A DNA stretch of 64,000 nucleotides, taken from assembly GCF_964188315.1 (NCBI RefSeq), contig NC_135660.1:99200001-99264000 (forward strand). Reading direction: 5' to 3'. The notes under the pieces are model-generated. The model made no database searches and was not told where the DNA came from. It was given only the letters and a program-made list of their open reading frames with translations. Each line of letters opens with the position of its first letter. Position 1 is the first letter of the stretch. Positions 13,614 through 23,914 of this stretch are shown here, piece by piece. This DNA comes from Podarcis muralis (taxonomy: Eukaryota). The translations under genes and the position numbers were made by a program.

Positions 13614-16600
13614 TCAAATGACAAGATAAACCATTTTTTTGCCGTTTATTTTTCTGGCTTTGAGCCCCAGGTGGTGTGTGCTTTTCCTCTCAGGATGCCC
13701 AAACAGAACTCTGTTGAAAAGCTCTGCATCAGCTGTGGATGCTGACCTGCAGGTTACAAAAAACCAGACCCTGCGAATCTTATGAAACAGAAAATTTACT
13801 ACCTCTGCTTCGTCAGAAGGCTCTTCATAGACGGGTTGCTTCATGTCCTCATAGGCAGACATAATCACAGCTTGAAATAAATTGATCAAAACGCAGATCA
13901 TCACCATCATGAACGAAGCCAGGAAGAGACCCCCCAGAATCCTATTGGATGTAAAGGCAGTGTCTTTAAAAGCCGAAACACAGTAAGAGAAGACTGTCTG
14001 AGCAGAATGAGTCATTGTGTTGTAATTCCATTCGTGTTGTCCAAATACCAGGTAACCAAATGCCATGTATACAAAGAAGTACACCGCCACCACTAAAGCC
14101 ATAGAACAGATGCCAGGAAGGGCTGCTAAAATAGATCGCTGAGCCAGGCGCACATCGTAAAAGAATCGGGAATACCGGAGAGTTTTCAAGACTATGAGGA
14201 AGACCAAGAAACCCAGAGTTATCCGCAATGTTTGATCAACATGGGAAACTTTATGGAACGGAACAAATTCATCTGGGTGAAGTAAAAACAATTCTGTTAT
14301 TGCAGAAGCCAATTTAAATTTGAAGGCAAGCTGCAAAAGGAAGAAGACACACACACCCTTTATCCCAAAATTAATTAAATTTGAAACAGTTTTTATGTAT
14401 TTTAGCCTTTGTTGCTCCACCACAGAAAACTCATCGATGATGTAAAAGACAAGAATATAGCCAACAGCTATATAGACAAACTTTTTCATACCACTTAGCT
14501 GCTTGAAAATGGGGAGTGTGTATGAATGGATTATCAAGCTTGTGTTAACAGGGCCTAAATTAGAAATCTCAAATACAACTGAGATACTGCAAAATAAATC
14601 GACATCTGGATTAAAAGTTGTCATCTCAACTATCAGTGCCCAGGTATTTTCATCAAGCCAGCTGCTCCCTTTCAAAGCATCGATTCTTTTTGTTGAGTTA
14701 TGCAGTTGCTCTTCAGGATAAAAATCAAAAGTGTATCCTGCTGCTCCATAAGTGTTTAGTTCTCCATATGAATTATATTGCCAAGGATCCGGGAGGGAGT
14801 GGTAAGTGAAGCCTGGAAAATTGGCAAAATTATTTGAAACAGACCTATTGGCTGTGTTTGCCCAAGACCCAAAGTGGTTTCTTTGCTCTTCCCTGTCATG
14901 GCCATACTTGTGAAGGCAATGGCTTGTACTAATCACAAATTTATGTACAAAACTATGTGGATAGAAACATTCTTTTATTGTATTCTTTGCTCTAACTTGC
15001 CGCATTCTGGGTAACCCAAGGATTTTGGACCAGGTATCTGAAAGATAGGATGGTTTGTTATTGTTGTGGATCAAAGGCAGAAAGACATTGCTAAGCCAAC
15101 TGTAAATGTGCTCTATTTTAGTGATACTTGAAAGCTCCGGAGAGAACTTGTTTTGAATATCCTGGTTGTAGTAAAAACTAGCAGTGTTTTCCATTGAGTA
15201 AGCAATGTTTAAAACAAGAATTAAAAAGACAAAGTGACATATTATGTCCTTTATGAAAATGAAAGCTTGTTGTTCAATCTTCTGTTTTTTCTTAAAAATT
15301 GTGATTTCATCCTCTTCCAGGGGTTGGTAGTGCTTGGTACCTCTCGCTCTAACGAGGTCATAATGCAATTCTCGCATATCATCAGCATCCATAGTTGCAT
15401 CTTCCAGATTAATCTCTAAGAAGGTGTTTTTGCTTGACCATGGAACATTTTCACAGTATTTGGGATAAAGTGTCTCCAAGGCTGAAAAAATCCCTATGGT
15501 CAGAGTTTGAAGCAAAAATACACATGCAGAAAAAGAGATGGTGGATGCTGTTAGCCACTCGAATGATGTTTCATAGTCATAGTGCAGACCATAAAATATG
15601 ATAAAAAATGATGACACAGCAGATATGACCAAGGCCACCATCCACAAAATAGATTGATTCCACCATGAAAACACTATTTGTGGCTTTCTATAAAAGAGCA
15701 TGTGGGGAATATTTGGTGGTTTTATCTGAGGATATATATCATTCTTTACATAATTATTACTAGAATTGATATTGGGCTTAGAATCTTGGGTTATGTCCTC
15801 TTCTGTTGCAATTACATTTGCATCACCCTCAGAAATTGTGCAGTTGGTCCAACTTTTTCCTGCCTGTCGCCATTTTATCTTTTTTGATTGTTCCAGTTCG
15901 GATGATTCTGAGACACTGGAAGGCCTCCTTGGGAAATTAGGTCCTGGGATGTTTGAACCAGTTTCTACAAGGTACCACTTCTGCAGACGTTCCTGCCAAT
16001 TTCTAAAGTCCCCAGACATGAAAGCAGAGTATTCTGGAGGGTAGGTCTCCATTGCATTCAGTGGTGAAGGTTCCTTCTGAGAATATTTCAGGGAAGCTGT
16101 TACAATCATTTGCAAAGGAAAAGCAATGAAAGCACTTTGGATTCCGATTATTATGGATCTCAAATATTGTAACTCTTCAGAAAACATGTTTCGATCCTCA
16201 TCTGCGTTGAAGAACATAACGTTGATAAGCAGGATGCACAATAGTATTGCTAAACAACAAGAAAGCCGTTGAAGCCTGTTCAAAGAAGTTGAACAGACAT
16301 GAGCAAAGATCGAGAACCATAAGTGACAATCCACCAGGTCATTGGCAATGTTTATCATTAAGAAATCAATTTTGTTTAAAGGTGCTGCTGGCTGAGTAAC
16401 AACTAATGTCCTCTCTATTAGGCCGTCTGCCTTGTCAAGAGCAAACCATTTCCGGCACATGAACACCCAAGACTGTTTGGAGTATATGTTTTCCACTTTG
16501 ACTCTACTCAAGAACCAATCAGGGGAAGAACCTGCATTATTGTGCCAGACTTGAAGGCAATAAATTTCTCCGAGGTCATTCTTACTCGTCAAGAGAAAAG

Positions 16601-19600
16601 TATCAATGGCCCCTCGAAGAAAAGTCGGGTGTTTGGGGTGTCTTAAGCAATGTACGTCACTGACAGCACTTTGGCCGATTAGCTGAATAAAAACATTGGC
16701 TGTGGTTGCTGCTCCAAAACGGCTGCCTGTGTATATTGTGACCAGGTAGCACACTTGATCAAAAGGATCATTGTCTGGCAAGACTATGGCATGGTCTCTG
16801 CTCTTCATATCGGCCCTATCTTTTCTTATTGTCCAAATAGCCAAGAAGATGTATACTACCAAAATGAAAAGTACCGTCAACATTGTCACAGGATTTTTGT
16901 CGTTTTGGGTTAACTGGACCTCTTTCATTTCTACTGGACTGGGATATGCAGTTACTTCCCCAGCCAAAAAGTTGATGTTATCTCTGTAGGTTCTTCTTGG
17001 CTGAGAATTTGCAGTCCTTGGAATACGCTTTTTGCCTGTGCAAATGCAATGTAATTTTTGCCAACTGGTCTGAGGGCCAAGGCTGCAGAGGTCTTCTTTC
17101 CAATGACTTTGGACTCCATCCATGTGTAAGCAGTTGGCAGTAAAAATCACAATGCCAACTAGCTGACTTACAGAAAGGTCGGATTGTAAAACAATGGATA
17201 TGTTCAATTGTTTTGCACTGTTGCCTTGGAATATTGTTCTGAGCAATGTCTGGGAAAGACAAAATATGTACGGAGTCTGAAGTGCACAGCCATTATTACT
17301 GGAGCTATTTCTCCTTGGTATTGCAGGTTTGTTATGGAAAATACTAAAAGCCGCTACAGCAAGATTGCTGTTCCTTAAACCTAGGTATACAAATGCCTGG
17401 AAAGTGACCTTTAGTTTTGGCATAATCTGAATGAAAATATCTTTGGAATTCTTACAGACTTCAAAACTAAATTCTCCAGTTGTTTTAGGGAGTTTGCTGC
17501 CATGTCCCATCATCAACTCAAAGATGACAGTTTCTTCATTTTTTCTGGTCATTATAATTTCTGCTGTATCAGGCATGATTCCAAGCATGTCACCATTAGA
17601 TTTGGTCCCTATCATCTTGAATCCAGTCACCATTGTGCCAATGTTATCTGTATTTGGCAACCAAGGAAAAGGATTCTTGTCAAACTCATAAACAACAGTG
17701 GAGATCACAGCATCCACTGGTAATTCATTGTTCTCCTGTCTCATTTTGGGATAAAAGCAGTTCCTGCAGTCTTTTCTCTTTGAGAAAGCACTGATAACAT
17801 CCCACTTTTCATCTTTTCTTAATGTGATGCTCCAACCATTGGCTTCCATAATAGTTTCACTCTCTCCAGGAACTTTACCTTGTAAAATTAGGTCCGCTAA
17901 AATCTCACTGACAGAGATGGTTTCCTTAACCCCATTTTTGTGAACAGTTCTATGTTCTAACAGAGCAGCTTTCAGGACATTGGACAACCCTGCAAAAATA
18001 CTAGTGCAAAGAACCTCTGTTTCTTTAGAACCTAGGTTGTCATTGCTCTGCCTTTGCACTTCTTCACTTAAATCTTTGAGTTTTCTGATGGCAAGTAGTT
18101 GCGATTTCCTATTTATTTCAGTGGTTTCCTGTGTTATCTGAGAAATACTTGAGATCATTTGGTTTGTCCCTGTTACGTCTATTGTAGGGATAGCTGCAGA
18201 CCTATTTAGAAGGATTTCCCGCAGTTCAGTTTTAGAGGAATGAAATTTTTGCAAGCTTTCAATATCATTTAAAGTAGAAGCCACCATGTAGACAAAATAA
18301 CCTGCCCTAAAATAGTCTCCACTTTTGAGAAAAGATGCTATTGGAGCTGTGGGTCCATGGGTTAAATCATGTAATTCATTTATTATGGCATCATTTTGCT
18401 TACCTTTCAATGGACTATTCACCATTGTCTGTAAAGTTATTTGGGAGTATGCTCCAAGTGCATCATAAATTTCAACATATACTTTTAAAGCACCAGTGGG
18501 TAAAAAAGTTGGTGGAGTTTTAGGCTGATGCCCACAATACACAATTGTCCCCAATATACCGTTGTCTGGAGAATGTAGTCTAGTAGAGGTCCATTTATCT
18601 GATACTGCTTTGACTTTATATGTAAGAGGCAAATTTTTATCTTTAAACCCACTACAGTGAACAATGAATTTTGTTAAGAATGACATTCCCATGGCAGGGC
18701 TAAGGACACACTTTCCCGGTACTGGTGGAAAGTTTACAAAAAATAAGTAACTATAGACTGATGACTCTCCTTTCCACATGCTCACTTTTAAAACAAGCAT
18801 ATATGATTGTTCTCTCATATTCACAAAACTCAAAGAACGTATACATAAGTATGGACTTGATCTTCCAGTTGTAGTCTTAGAGTCCCAGTCAAAATGTATT
18901 TCGGTGGAATTTGGTGAGAAAAGTGACCAGTGGTAGAGTGGTCTGCTAGATTTTCTGCAATTTAGACATTTACCAGAAAGACAAAATCTTTCTGTTGGTA
19001 TTATTGACCTACCACAATTTTCAATACATGTGATATTCAGCATCAGTGCAGAGTCAGACCGCACATGTATCATTTGCTGAGCTTGAGCCGTTCGGCTTCC
19101 TTTTTGAACTACCAGGAGAAAATAATAAACAACATTTTCCTGAAGCGTTTTGGGTAGAACTGTTTGAACTGGGTCAGAGGAAGCTGTCCATTTCAAATCC
19201 ACTTGTTCTGGATAACATTTTCCATTTCCACTTAAGATCATGGATGCAAAGTCTGTTTTTTGTTTAGTGCAGTACCAAGTAAATGTGAGTCCTTCAAAGG
19301 GTTGGGCTGCATCAGGATCAGAAGAAGCGGATCCATCCAGAGTCCACTGGCTAGAAAAACCAACTGTCTGCACAGCACCTCCAGCAATGACAGCCACAAG
19401 ACTGCCTGGTCCAATCGCTACAAACACTGAATCAGAGTCTTCCACACTCTCCAAAGTATCCATTGCAATTAATTTCACTGTAAAATTAAAGAGGTACAAA
19501 CCATAATCTAAGCTAGATGCAGGAACTTCTAACATGAGAAGATTTCTGCTTCCAATGCCAGGTGCATTAAATGGTTTTGACCAGTCTGGAGTACTGTTCA

Positions 19601-21653
19601 CATCTGGGATTTTAAAGATTTTCCAGGTTAGGTCTCGTAGTTTAGAACCTGGACAATTCACCTCTGTGTCAGCAGACAAAGTAAATGGTACCCTTTTAAT
19701 ATGGTTTAAGATACGGTTTTTAGGATGAGGTTTCTGGATCTTCACTTTCTTAATTAAACAACTCATTTGAAGGCAAGTCACTGTGGATTCCACAGTCTTT
19801 GAAGCATAAGTGTGGACTGTAGCTTTCAAAGCAGCTTGAGTATTCCCAGTTCTTGTGCAGTTTACTTGGGCTACATACCCTGCATACAGGGCAGGGTTGA
19901 AAGGTAAAACTGCATGAGGAATGAATTGGGCAGCATTTCTGACATGATCCCTGTAAGCATAGGTATTGTTCCAAAAGAGGTATTCTTTCCTTGAATCAAA
20001 ATATTCTAAGTTGAAGGCCCACTTGAATTGCAAGAGAGGGTGTTGCACTGGAATAAACCACACAATATAGACCACACTTTGTAAAAAAGAAGGACCACTG
20101 TTGAAAATGTGAATCTCTATATCTTTCCTTGAAAAATAACTCAGAAGGGCTCCTTTCCTGTTAAGGTATAGATGTACACTGAACTTGAACCACCGTAGTT
20201 GAATAAACTCTATTGCGATCAAATAAGACAGAGACTGATGCTGATAGAAAAAGTAGTGCGTGCTTGAGAGGTTGCCAGAGGAACTGGCAGCATTTCCGCC
20301 TTGGGCGAAATAGTAAAGCCCCTGCGTGCGGCTAAAAATGTAAGTGCCCATCTTGATTTTCTGTGTGTTGAGAGTGAGGTGCGCCTGGGGCTCACTCTTT
20401 GATGTTAGATTTAAGGTGGTATTAGAGTAACCAAGTTCTCCACCTAGCTCCCCAGAGGCCGCCTCATCTACACAGAAGTAGATACTGGCCACTGTTTTCT
20501 TCCTGGAATGCTGTGGGATATGCACAAGAGTGTAATTGTTCTGTAGAGCATACGGATTGTAGAAAGTAGACCAGACCCTTCTACCCTTAACATCCCATAG
20601 TCTGTAGGCCATTTTTTGGGAGTTGACAGGCAGGAAGCTCCAAGAGAGGCTGATGGTCTTATGAGAGATGCTGAGCAATTTGGAATGGGTACTGCAAATG
20701 TGTAGCAGAATGGGTTCCACCTGCAAATCGAGGCTCAGGCTAATCTGGGGCCGCTGCTTAATGTGGAGGGACGAAATATATATCCCTTGGTGCGTGTAAT
20801 GCACAGTCAGGCGATAGCTGAAGAAGGATTTGCACTTGTGGTGCAGTTCACCACTATGGTAGTGGGCAAAGTGTGCAGAATCTGGATGATAGCTGGTGGG
20901 GAGGAGACGACCCTGCCGACTGCTGTAGTGATAACGCCAACTTGAAGTCTTGAGGTGTGCACACCAGCCCAGCTGCACCAGCTGCCACTCGTGGATGGGA
21001 CGTGTGAGCGGCCAAAGCAGGAAGAGTTGGACATCCTGCCCAAACACTTCAATGCTCAGGTTGCAGTGAAGGCATGCAGTTGTTGTGCAGGAAGGTGACA
21101 CACACTGTATGAGGATGCAGCAGGATGGATGGATGTCTCCTCTTGCTAACTTAGGGCCCAGCACTATCCGGCCTGACCAAAGAATCATATTACACATGAA
21201 AGCAACCTTCCAGCGCCAGCAGCAGTGAGCAGATGGTAATACTGTCTGCTGTTTCCCAGTCCTTGAAACAAATCTTACAGCTGTTAAATGATTATGCCCA
21301 GGATGCCCATCCTGCAGACATGAAGTCTGGAGTTTGTCCTCTTGTAGCTGATGGATGTAGTTTTGTTGGTCAGAGCATGGGACCAGCAATGGAGGTAGCT
21401 GTAAATAAGGGGTCATGGCTGCTGCATATTGAAAACGACCCCAGCCTAAGAAGAGGAGAGTGAAGAATAATAGAAGGTGCATCTTGAGGATGAGAAAAAA
21501 AACTTGAACCAGAAGCAGCCACTGTCTCCTGATAGCCCCAACTGCCATAGAGTGAATGACTGGGAATTCTAGAATTCTACTCATCACTGGGCAACCAGTA
21601 TCCATGCTTCCCAGCTCATCAAAATAAAAATAAAAATCTCCTCCCTTGATCAT
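13614..21653 (-). CDS. PKDREJ: PKDREJ copy 1, intronless polycystin family receptor for egg jelly; most mammal-like copy
   Basis: 2679-aa uninterrupted ORF. Probable start is Met58 at 21482 (MHLLLFFTLLFLGWGRFQYAAA signal peptide). Contains REJ region (LDGSASSDPD), degenerate GPS (WKEDLCSLGPQTSWQKLHCIC), PLAT (YLVTIYTGSRFGAATTANVF), polycystin channel TMs and the PKDREJ-type C-terminus KINGKKMVYLVI. Lies between CDPF1 and TTC38 as in mammals. Confidence 0.96.
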   Translation of the reverse strand: MIKGGDFYFYFDELGSMDTGCPVMSRILEFPVIHSMAVGAIRRQWLLLVQVFFLILKMHLLLFFTLLFLGWGRFQYAAAMTPYLQLPPLLVPCSDQQNYIHQLQEDKLQTSCLQDGHPGHNHLTAVRFVSRTGKQQTVLPSAHCCWRWKVAFMCNMILWSGRIVLGPKLARGDIHPSCCILIQCVSPSCTTTACLHCNLSIEVFGQDVQLFLLWPLTRPIHEWQLVQLGWCAHLKTSSWRYHYSSRQGRLLPTSYHPDSAHFAHYHSGELHHKCKSFFSYRLTVHYTHQGIYISSLHIKQRPQISLSLDLQVEPILLHICSTHSKLLSISHKTISLSWSFLPVNSQKMAYRLWDVKGRRVWSTFYNPYALQNNYTLVHIPQHSRKKTVASIYFCVDEAASGELGGELGYSNTTLNLTSKSEPQAHLTLNTQKIKMGTYIFSRTQGLYYFAQGGNAASSSGNLSSTHYFFYQHQSLSYLIAIEFIQLRWFKFSVHLYLNRKGALLSYFSRKDIEIHIFNSGPSFLQSVVYIVWFIPVQHPLLQFKWAFNLEYFDSRKEYLFWNNTYAYRDHVRNAAQFIPHAVLPFNPALYAGYVAQVNCTRTGNTQAALKATVHTYASKTVESTVTCLQMSCLIKKVKIQKPHPKNRILNHIKRVPFTLSADTEVNCPGSKLRDLTWKIFKIPDVNSTPDWSKPFNAPGIGSRNLLMLEVPASSLDYGLYLFNFTVKLIAMDTLESVEDSDSVFVAIGPGSLVAVIAGGAVQTVGFSSQWTLDGSASSDPDAAQPFEGLTFTWYCTKQKTDFASMILSGNGKCYPEQVDLKWTASSDPVQTVLPKTLQENVVYYFLLVVQKGSRTAQAQQMIHVRSDSALMLNITCIENCGRSIIPTERFCLSGKCLNCRKSSRPLYHWSLFSPNSTEIHFDWDSKTTTGRSSPYLCIRSLSFVNMREQSYMLVLKVSMWKGESSVYSYLFFVNFPPVPGKCVLSPAMGMSFLTKFIVHCSGFKDKNLPLTYKVKAVSDKWTSTRLHSPDNGILGTIVYCGHQPKTPPTFLPTGALKVYVEIYDALGAYSQITLQTMVNSPLKGKQNDAIINELHDLTHGPTAPIASFLKSGDYFRAGYFVYMVASTLNDIESLQKFHSSKTELREILLNRSAAIPTIDVTGTNQMISSISQITQETTEINRKSQLLAIRKLKDLSEEVQRQSNDNLGSKETEVLCTSIFAGLSNVLKAALLEHRTVHKNGVKETISVSEILADLILQGKVPGESETIMEANGWSITLRKDEKWDVISAFSKRKDCRNCFYPKMRQENNELPVDAVISTVVYEFDKNPFPWLPNTDNIGTMVTGFKMIGTKSNGDMLGIMPDTAEIIMTRKNEETVIFELMMGHGSKLPKTTGEFSFEVCKNSKDIFIQIMPKLKVTFQAFVYLGLRNSNLAVAAFSIFHNKPAIPRRNSSSNNGCALQTPYIFCLSQTLLRTIFQGNSAKQLNISIVLQSDLSVSQLVGIVIFTANCLHMDGVQSHWKEDLCSLGPQTSWQKLHCICTGKKRIPRTANSQPRRTYRDNINFLAGEVTAYPSPVEMKEVQLTQNDKNPVTMLTVLFILVVYIFLAIWTIRKDRADMKSRDHAIVLPDNDPFDQVCYLVTIYTGSRFGAATTANVFIQLIGQSAVSDVHCLRHPKHPTFLRGAIDTFLLTSKNDLGEIYCLQVWHNNAGSSPDWFLSRVKVENIYSKQSWVFMCRKWFALDKADGLIERTLVVTQPAAPLNKIDFLMINIANDLVDCHLWFSIFAHVCSTSLNRLQRLSCCLAILLCILLINVMFFNADEDRNMFSEELQYLRSIIIGIQSAFIAFPLQMIVTASLKYSQKEPSPLNAMETYPPEYSAFMSGDFRNWQERLQKWYLVETGSNIPGPNFPRRPSSVSESSELEQSKKIKWRQAGKSWTNCTISEGDANVIATEEDITQDSKPNINSSNNYVKNDIYPQIKPPNIPHMLFYRKPQIVFSWWNQSILWMVALVISAVSSFFIIFYGLHYDYETSFEWLTASTISFSACVFLLQTLTIGIFSALETLYPKYCENVPWSSKNTFLEINLEDATMDADDMRELHYDLVRARGTKHYQPLEEDEITIFKKKQKIEQQAFIFIKDIICHFVFLILVLNIAYSMENTASFYYNQDIQNKFSPELSSITKIEHIYSWLSNVFLPLIHNNNKPSYLSDTWSKILGLPRMRQVRAKNTIKECFYPHSFVHKFVISTSHCLHKYGHDREEQRNHFGSWANTANRSVSNNFANFPGFTYHSLPDPWQYNSYGELNTYGAAGYTFDFYPEEQLHNSTKRIDALKGSSWLDENTWALIVEMTTFNPDVDLFCSISVVFEISNLGPVNTSLIIHSYTLPIFKQLSGMKKFVYIAVGYILVFYIIDEFSVVEQQRLKYIKTVSNLINFGIKGVCVFFLLQLAFKFKLASAITELFLLHPDEFVPFHKVSHVDQTLRITLGFLVFLIVLKTLRYSRFFYDVRLAQRSILAALPGICSMALVVAVYFFVYMAFGYLVFGQHEWNYNTMTHSAQTVFSYCVSAFKDTAFTSNRILGGLFLASFMMVMICVLINLFQAVIMSAYEDMKQPVYEEPSDEAEVVNFLFHKIRRVWFFVTCRSASTADAELFNRVLFGHPERKSTHHLGLKARKINGKKMVYLVI
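21566..21595. promoter_or_regulatory. HSE-like TTCTAGAA plus RFX X-box half-site upstream of PKDREJ copy 1
   Basis: attctagaa at 21566-21574 and catcactgggcaac at 21582-21595, 84-113 bp upstream of ATG 21482; homologous to the modules upstream of copies 2 and 3. Confidence 0.55.
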
Positions 21654-22879
21654 AGTACCTGAACAGCAGCAGTTCCCTAAGGTCTCAGGAAGATGGTTTT
21701 AAGAAGCTGTTTCTTAAAACCCCATAAATTCATCCTCCTCAGAGGAGGAAGAGTGAAAAACACTACATAATTCCTCTGATGGCTGAAGTAATCCCCCACT
21801 CCAGTTTTTGGAATTGTGCCCTAGGCACTTCAGAGGACGCTGCAGCCTTTTGCTGAGGGAGAGTAGATTTTATCAGGTCGCCCTCTTCTTGACTCAGCAC
21901 AGCCTGCCTTTTTCTGCAAGCACAATGTCTCTGCAGCACAGTCTATATGCTTAGACTGCTGCACTGCTTTCCTTGGACCCACAAGAGGGTTCAGGTATTG
22001 TTGATGCCACCATCTCCTGCTCTGATGTCCTTCCTGGGTACAGAAGAGGAATAACTCAATAAAATAGGCCTTCAGCAGGGCTAAGGCTAGATATGCACCT
22101 GTGCCAGGAGCGAGGGCGCAAGGCCGCCAACCACACAGCAAGCATTTTGGGTGGGAAACTGCAGGCAAGCAGTAGGACTACTCTGAGGCTCTCCCCCCCG
22201 TCATGTCCTCTGATCACTCCCACCCGACAGCAGCAGCAAGGAAAGGGAGAACATGAAGAAAGGTTCTTTGTAATTTCATAAAGTTTTAGTGGAAAAAATA
22301 GCTGCAGAAGGAAACTAAATGTGTGTGGGGGAAGGCGCACAGCCACTCTGGAGGGTGAGGAGAAGGGCTGTGAGGGAGCTCAGGCAGAATAATCAGTAAG
22401 GCAGATAAGGCTAAAGTCAATTAGAAGAAAGATAAGATCAGGAAATAAAAAGGCTCAAGGATTGCAGAGCAAATAAAAGGCTGGCTACTGTCAACAAGGC
22501 AGAGAAGAAAGCTGGAGATGTGCTGGCCCACTTCTCAGAAATCTCTGCTCCTTCCTTGTCATGTGACCAGGGATATCATCCGACCCAGGGCCTGAATGGC
22601 ACCAGAAATAAATATGCCATTAAAAAAAATTTTTTTTAAAAGACCCAACGCGCAGCATTGATAGAACAAGTTAATTGTAAGTAGTCAACTGCTGCCTCTG
22701 CTGGGGTTGGGTGGGATTTCTGAATGTTGATTGTTGCTTCGTGTTTCTCATATAAATAAGTAAAAATAATAAAGTATTTGTGGGGGGACCCATTTGAGAA
22801 TACTGAGGGATGGGGCTTGCTTTATCTAATGTGGAACTGAATCCCATAACTCTGGGGCCACTGCCAAAATGGCCCTGTT

Positions 22880-23080
22880 CCATGTGCCCAACAACCTTTT
22901 AATCTTTACTTGCAGACATCTCAACGGGGCCTCCAAGATCATAGAGTACACATAGGTTGACACAGCTGCAGGCAAAAAGTAAGGTAACCCAGGCCCAAAC
23001 CATTCAGGCATTTAAAGGTAATCACCAGGACTTTGAATTGGGTCTGGAAATACACTGGTACAATATGTATTCTGACCATC
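22880..23080 (-). mobile_element. Decayed L2-clade LINE ORF2 C-terminal fragment
   Basis: Translates HIVPVYFQTQFKVLVITFKCLNGLGLGYL, resembling L2 LHWLPV..R.QFKVLVLTFKALNGLGP.YL; similar decayed sequence appears to continue on both sides of the provirus. Confidence 0.6.
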
Positions 23081-23081
23081 T

Positions 23082-23454
23082 GGGGGTGGCTGGCACTATG
23101 GTCTAAACCACTGAGTCTCTTGGGCTTGCCAATTGGAAGGTCAGCAGTTCGAGTCCATGCAATGGGGTGAGCTCTCATTGCTTTGTTCCAGCTCCTGACA
23201 ACCTCGCAGTTTGAAAGCATACCAGTGCGAGTAAATAGGTACCATTGCAGCAGGAAGGTAAACAATGTTTCCATGCACTCTGGCCCTTGTCTCGGTGTTC
23301 TATTGCGCCAGAAGTGGTTTAGTCCTGCTGGCCACATGACCTGGAAAGCTGTCTGCGGACAAACGCCGGATCCCTCGGCCTGAAGTGAGATGAGGCCTGC
23401 ACCCCATTGTCAAATTTGACTGGACTCAACCATCTAAGGGTCCTTTACCTTTAC
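23082..23454 (+). mobile_element. Sauria SINE
   Basis: tRNA-like head (ggtctaaaccactgag...gttcgagtcc), body aggaaggtaaac...ggccacatgacc, tail cctttacctttac; about 370 bp. Confidence 0.85.
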
Positions 23455-23563
23455 TTCTGACAATCTGGCTCCAACATCTGGCTACAATTGCGTCAACTGA
23501 AATTTCTGGATGATCTTCAAAGGCAGCTGCCTGCAGAGTGCCTTACAGTAGTCTAGCCCCCAT

Positions 23564-23897
23564 TGTGGGAAAATGATTGCTTGTACATGAGAGCATGAGC
23601 AAGGTTCTTATTGTTACAGGGTGATTTCATAGCTAGAAGCATCCTTGGAGCATGAACAGCGCGTGAACAGCTCGTGCTGTCCTATGATTGGCTAATGTGG
23701 CATGGCCTGATGCTCGCATAAGTCTAGTGCGAAGGTCCTTATCTGCTTGCTAGAACAAATTGCTTGGCTTGTACTTTGTATCTTTCTGATTTCACACAAT
23801 AAAAGCTGCGCTGCATCAGCCCTAGGAGCAGCCATATTTCGGAACTTATTATGATGTGAGACTGACTTTTCTTTGGATGCCGAGCTGCAACTCGACA
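23564..23897 (+). repeat. 5' LTR of the provirus
   Basis: tgtggga...ctcgaca, contains AATAAA, followed by the PBS; matches 27392-27725. Confidence 0.97.
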
Positions 23898-23899
23898 AT

Positions 23900-23914
23900 T
23901 GGTGCCCCGTGTGA
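23900..23914 (+). promoter_or_regulatory. Primer-binding site complementary to elongator tRNA-Met
   Basis: tggtgccccgtgtga 2 nt after the LTR; matches 15 nt of the recalled vertebrate tRNA-Met(CAT) 3' end ...CUCACACGGGGCACCA. Confidence 0.75.

Noticed and set aside
21483-21653. 57-aa N-terminal extension of PKDREJ copy 1
   Set aside because: It contains the promoter module found upstream of the ATG in copies 2 and 3, and the signal peptide starts at Met58, so it is probably promoter/5' UTR that happens to be open.
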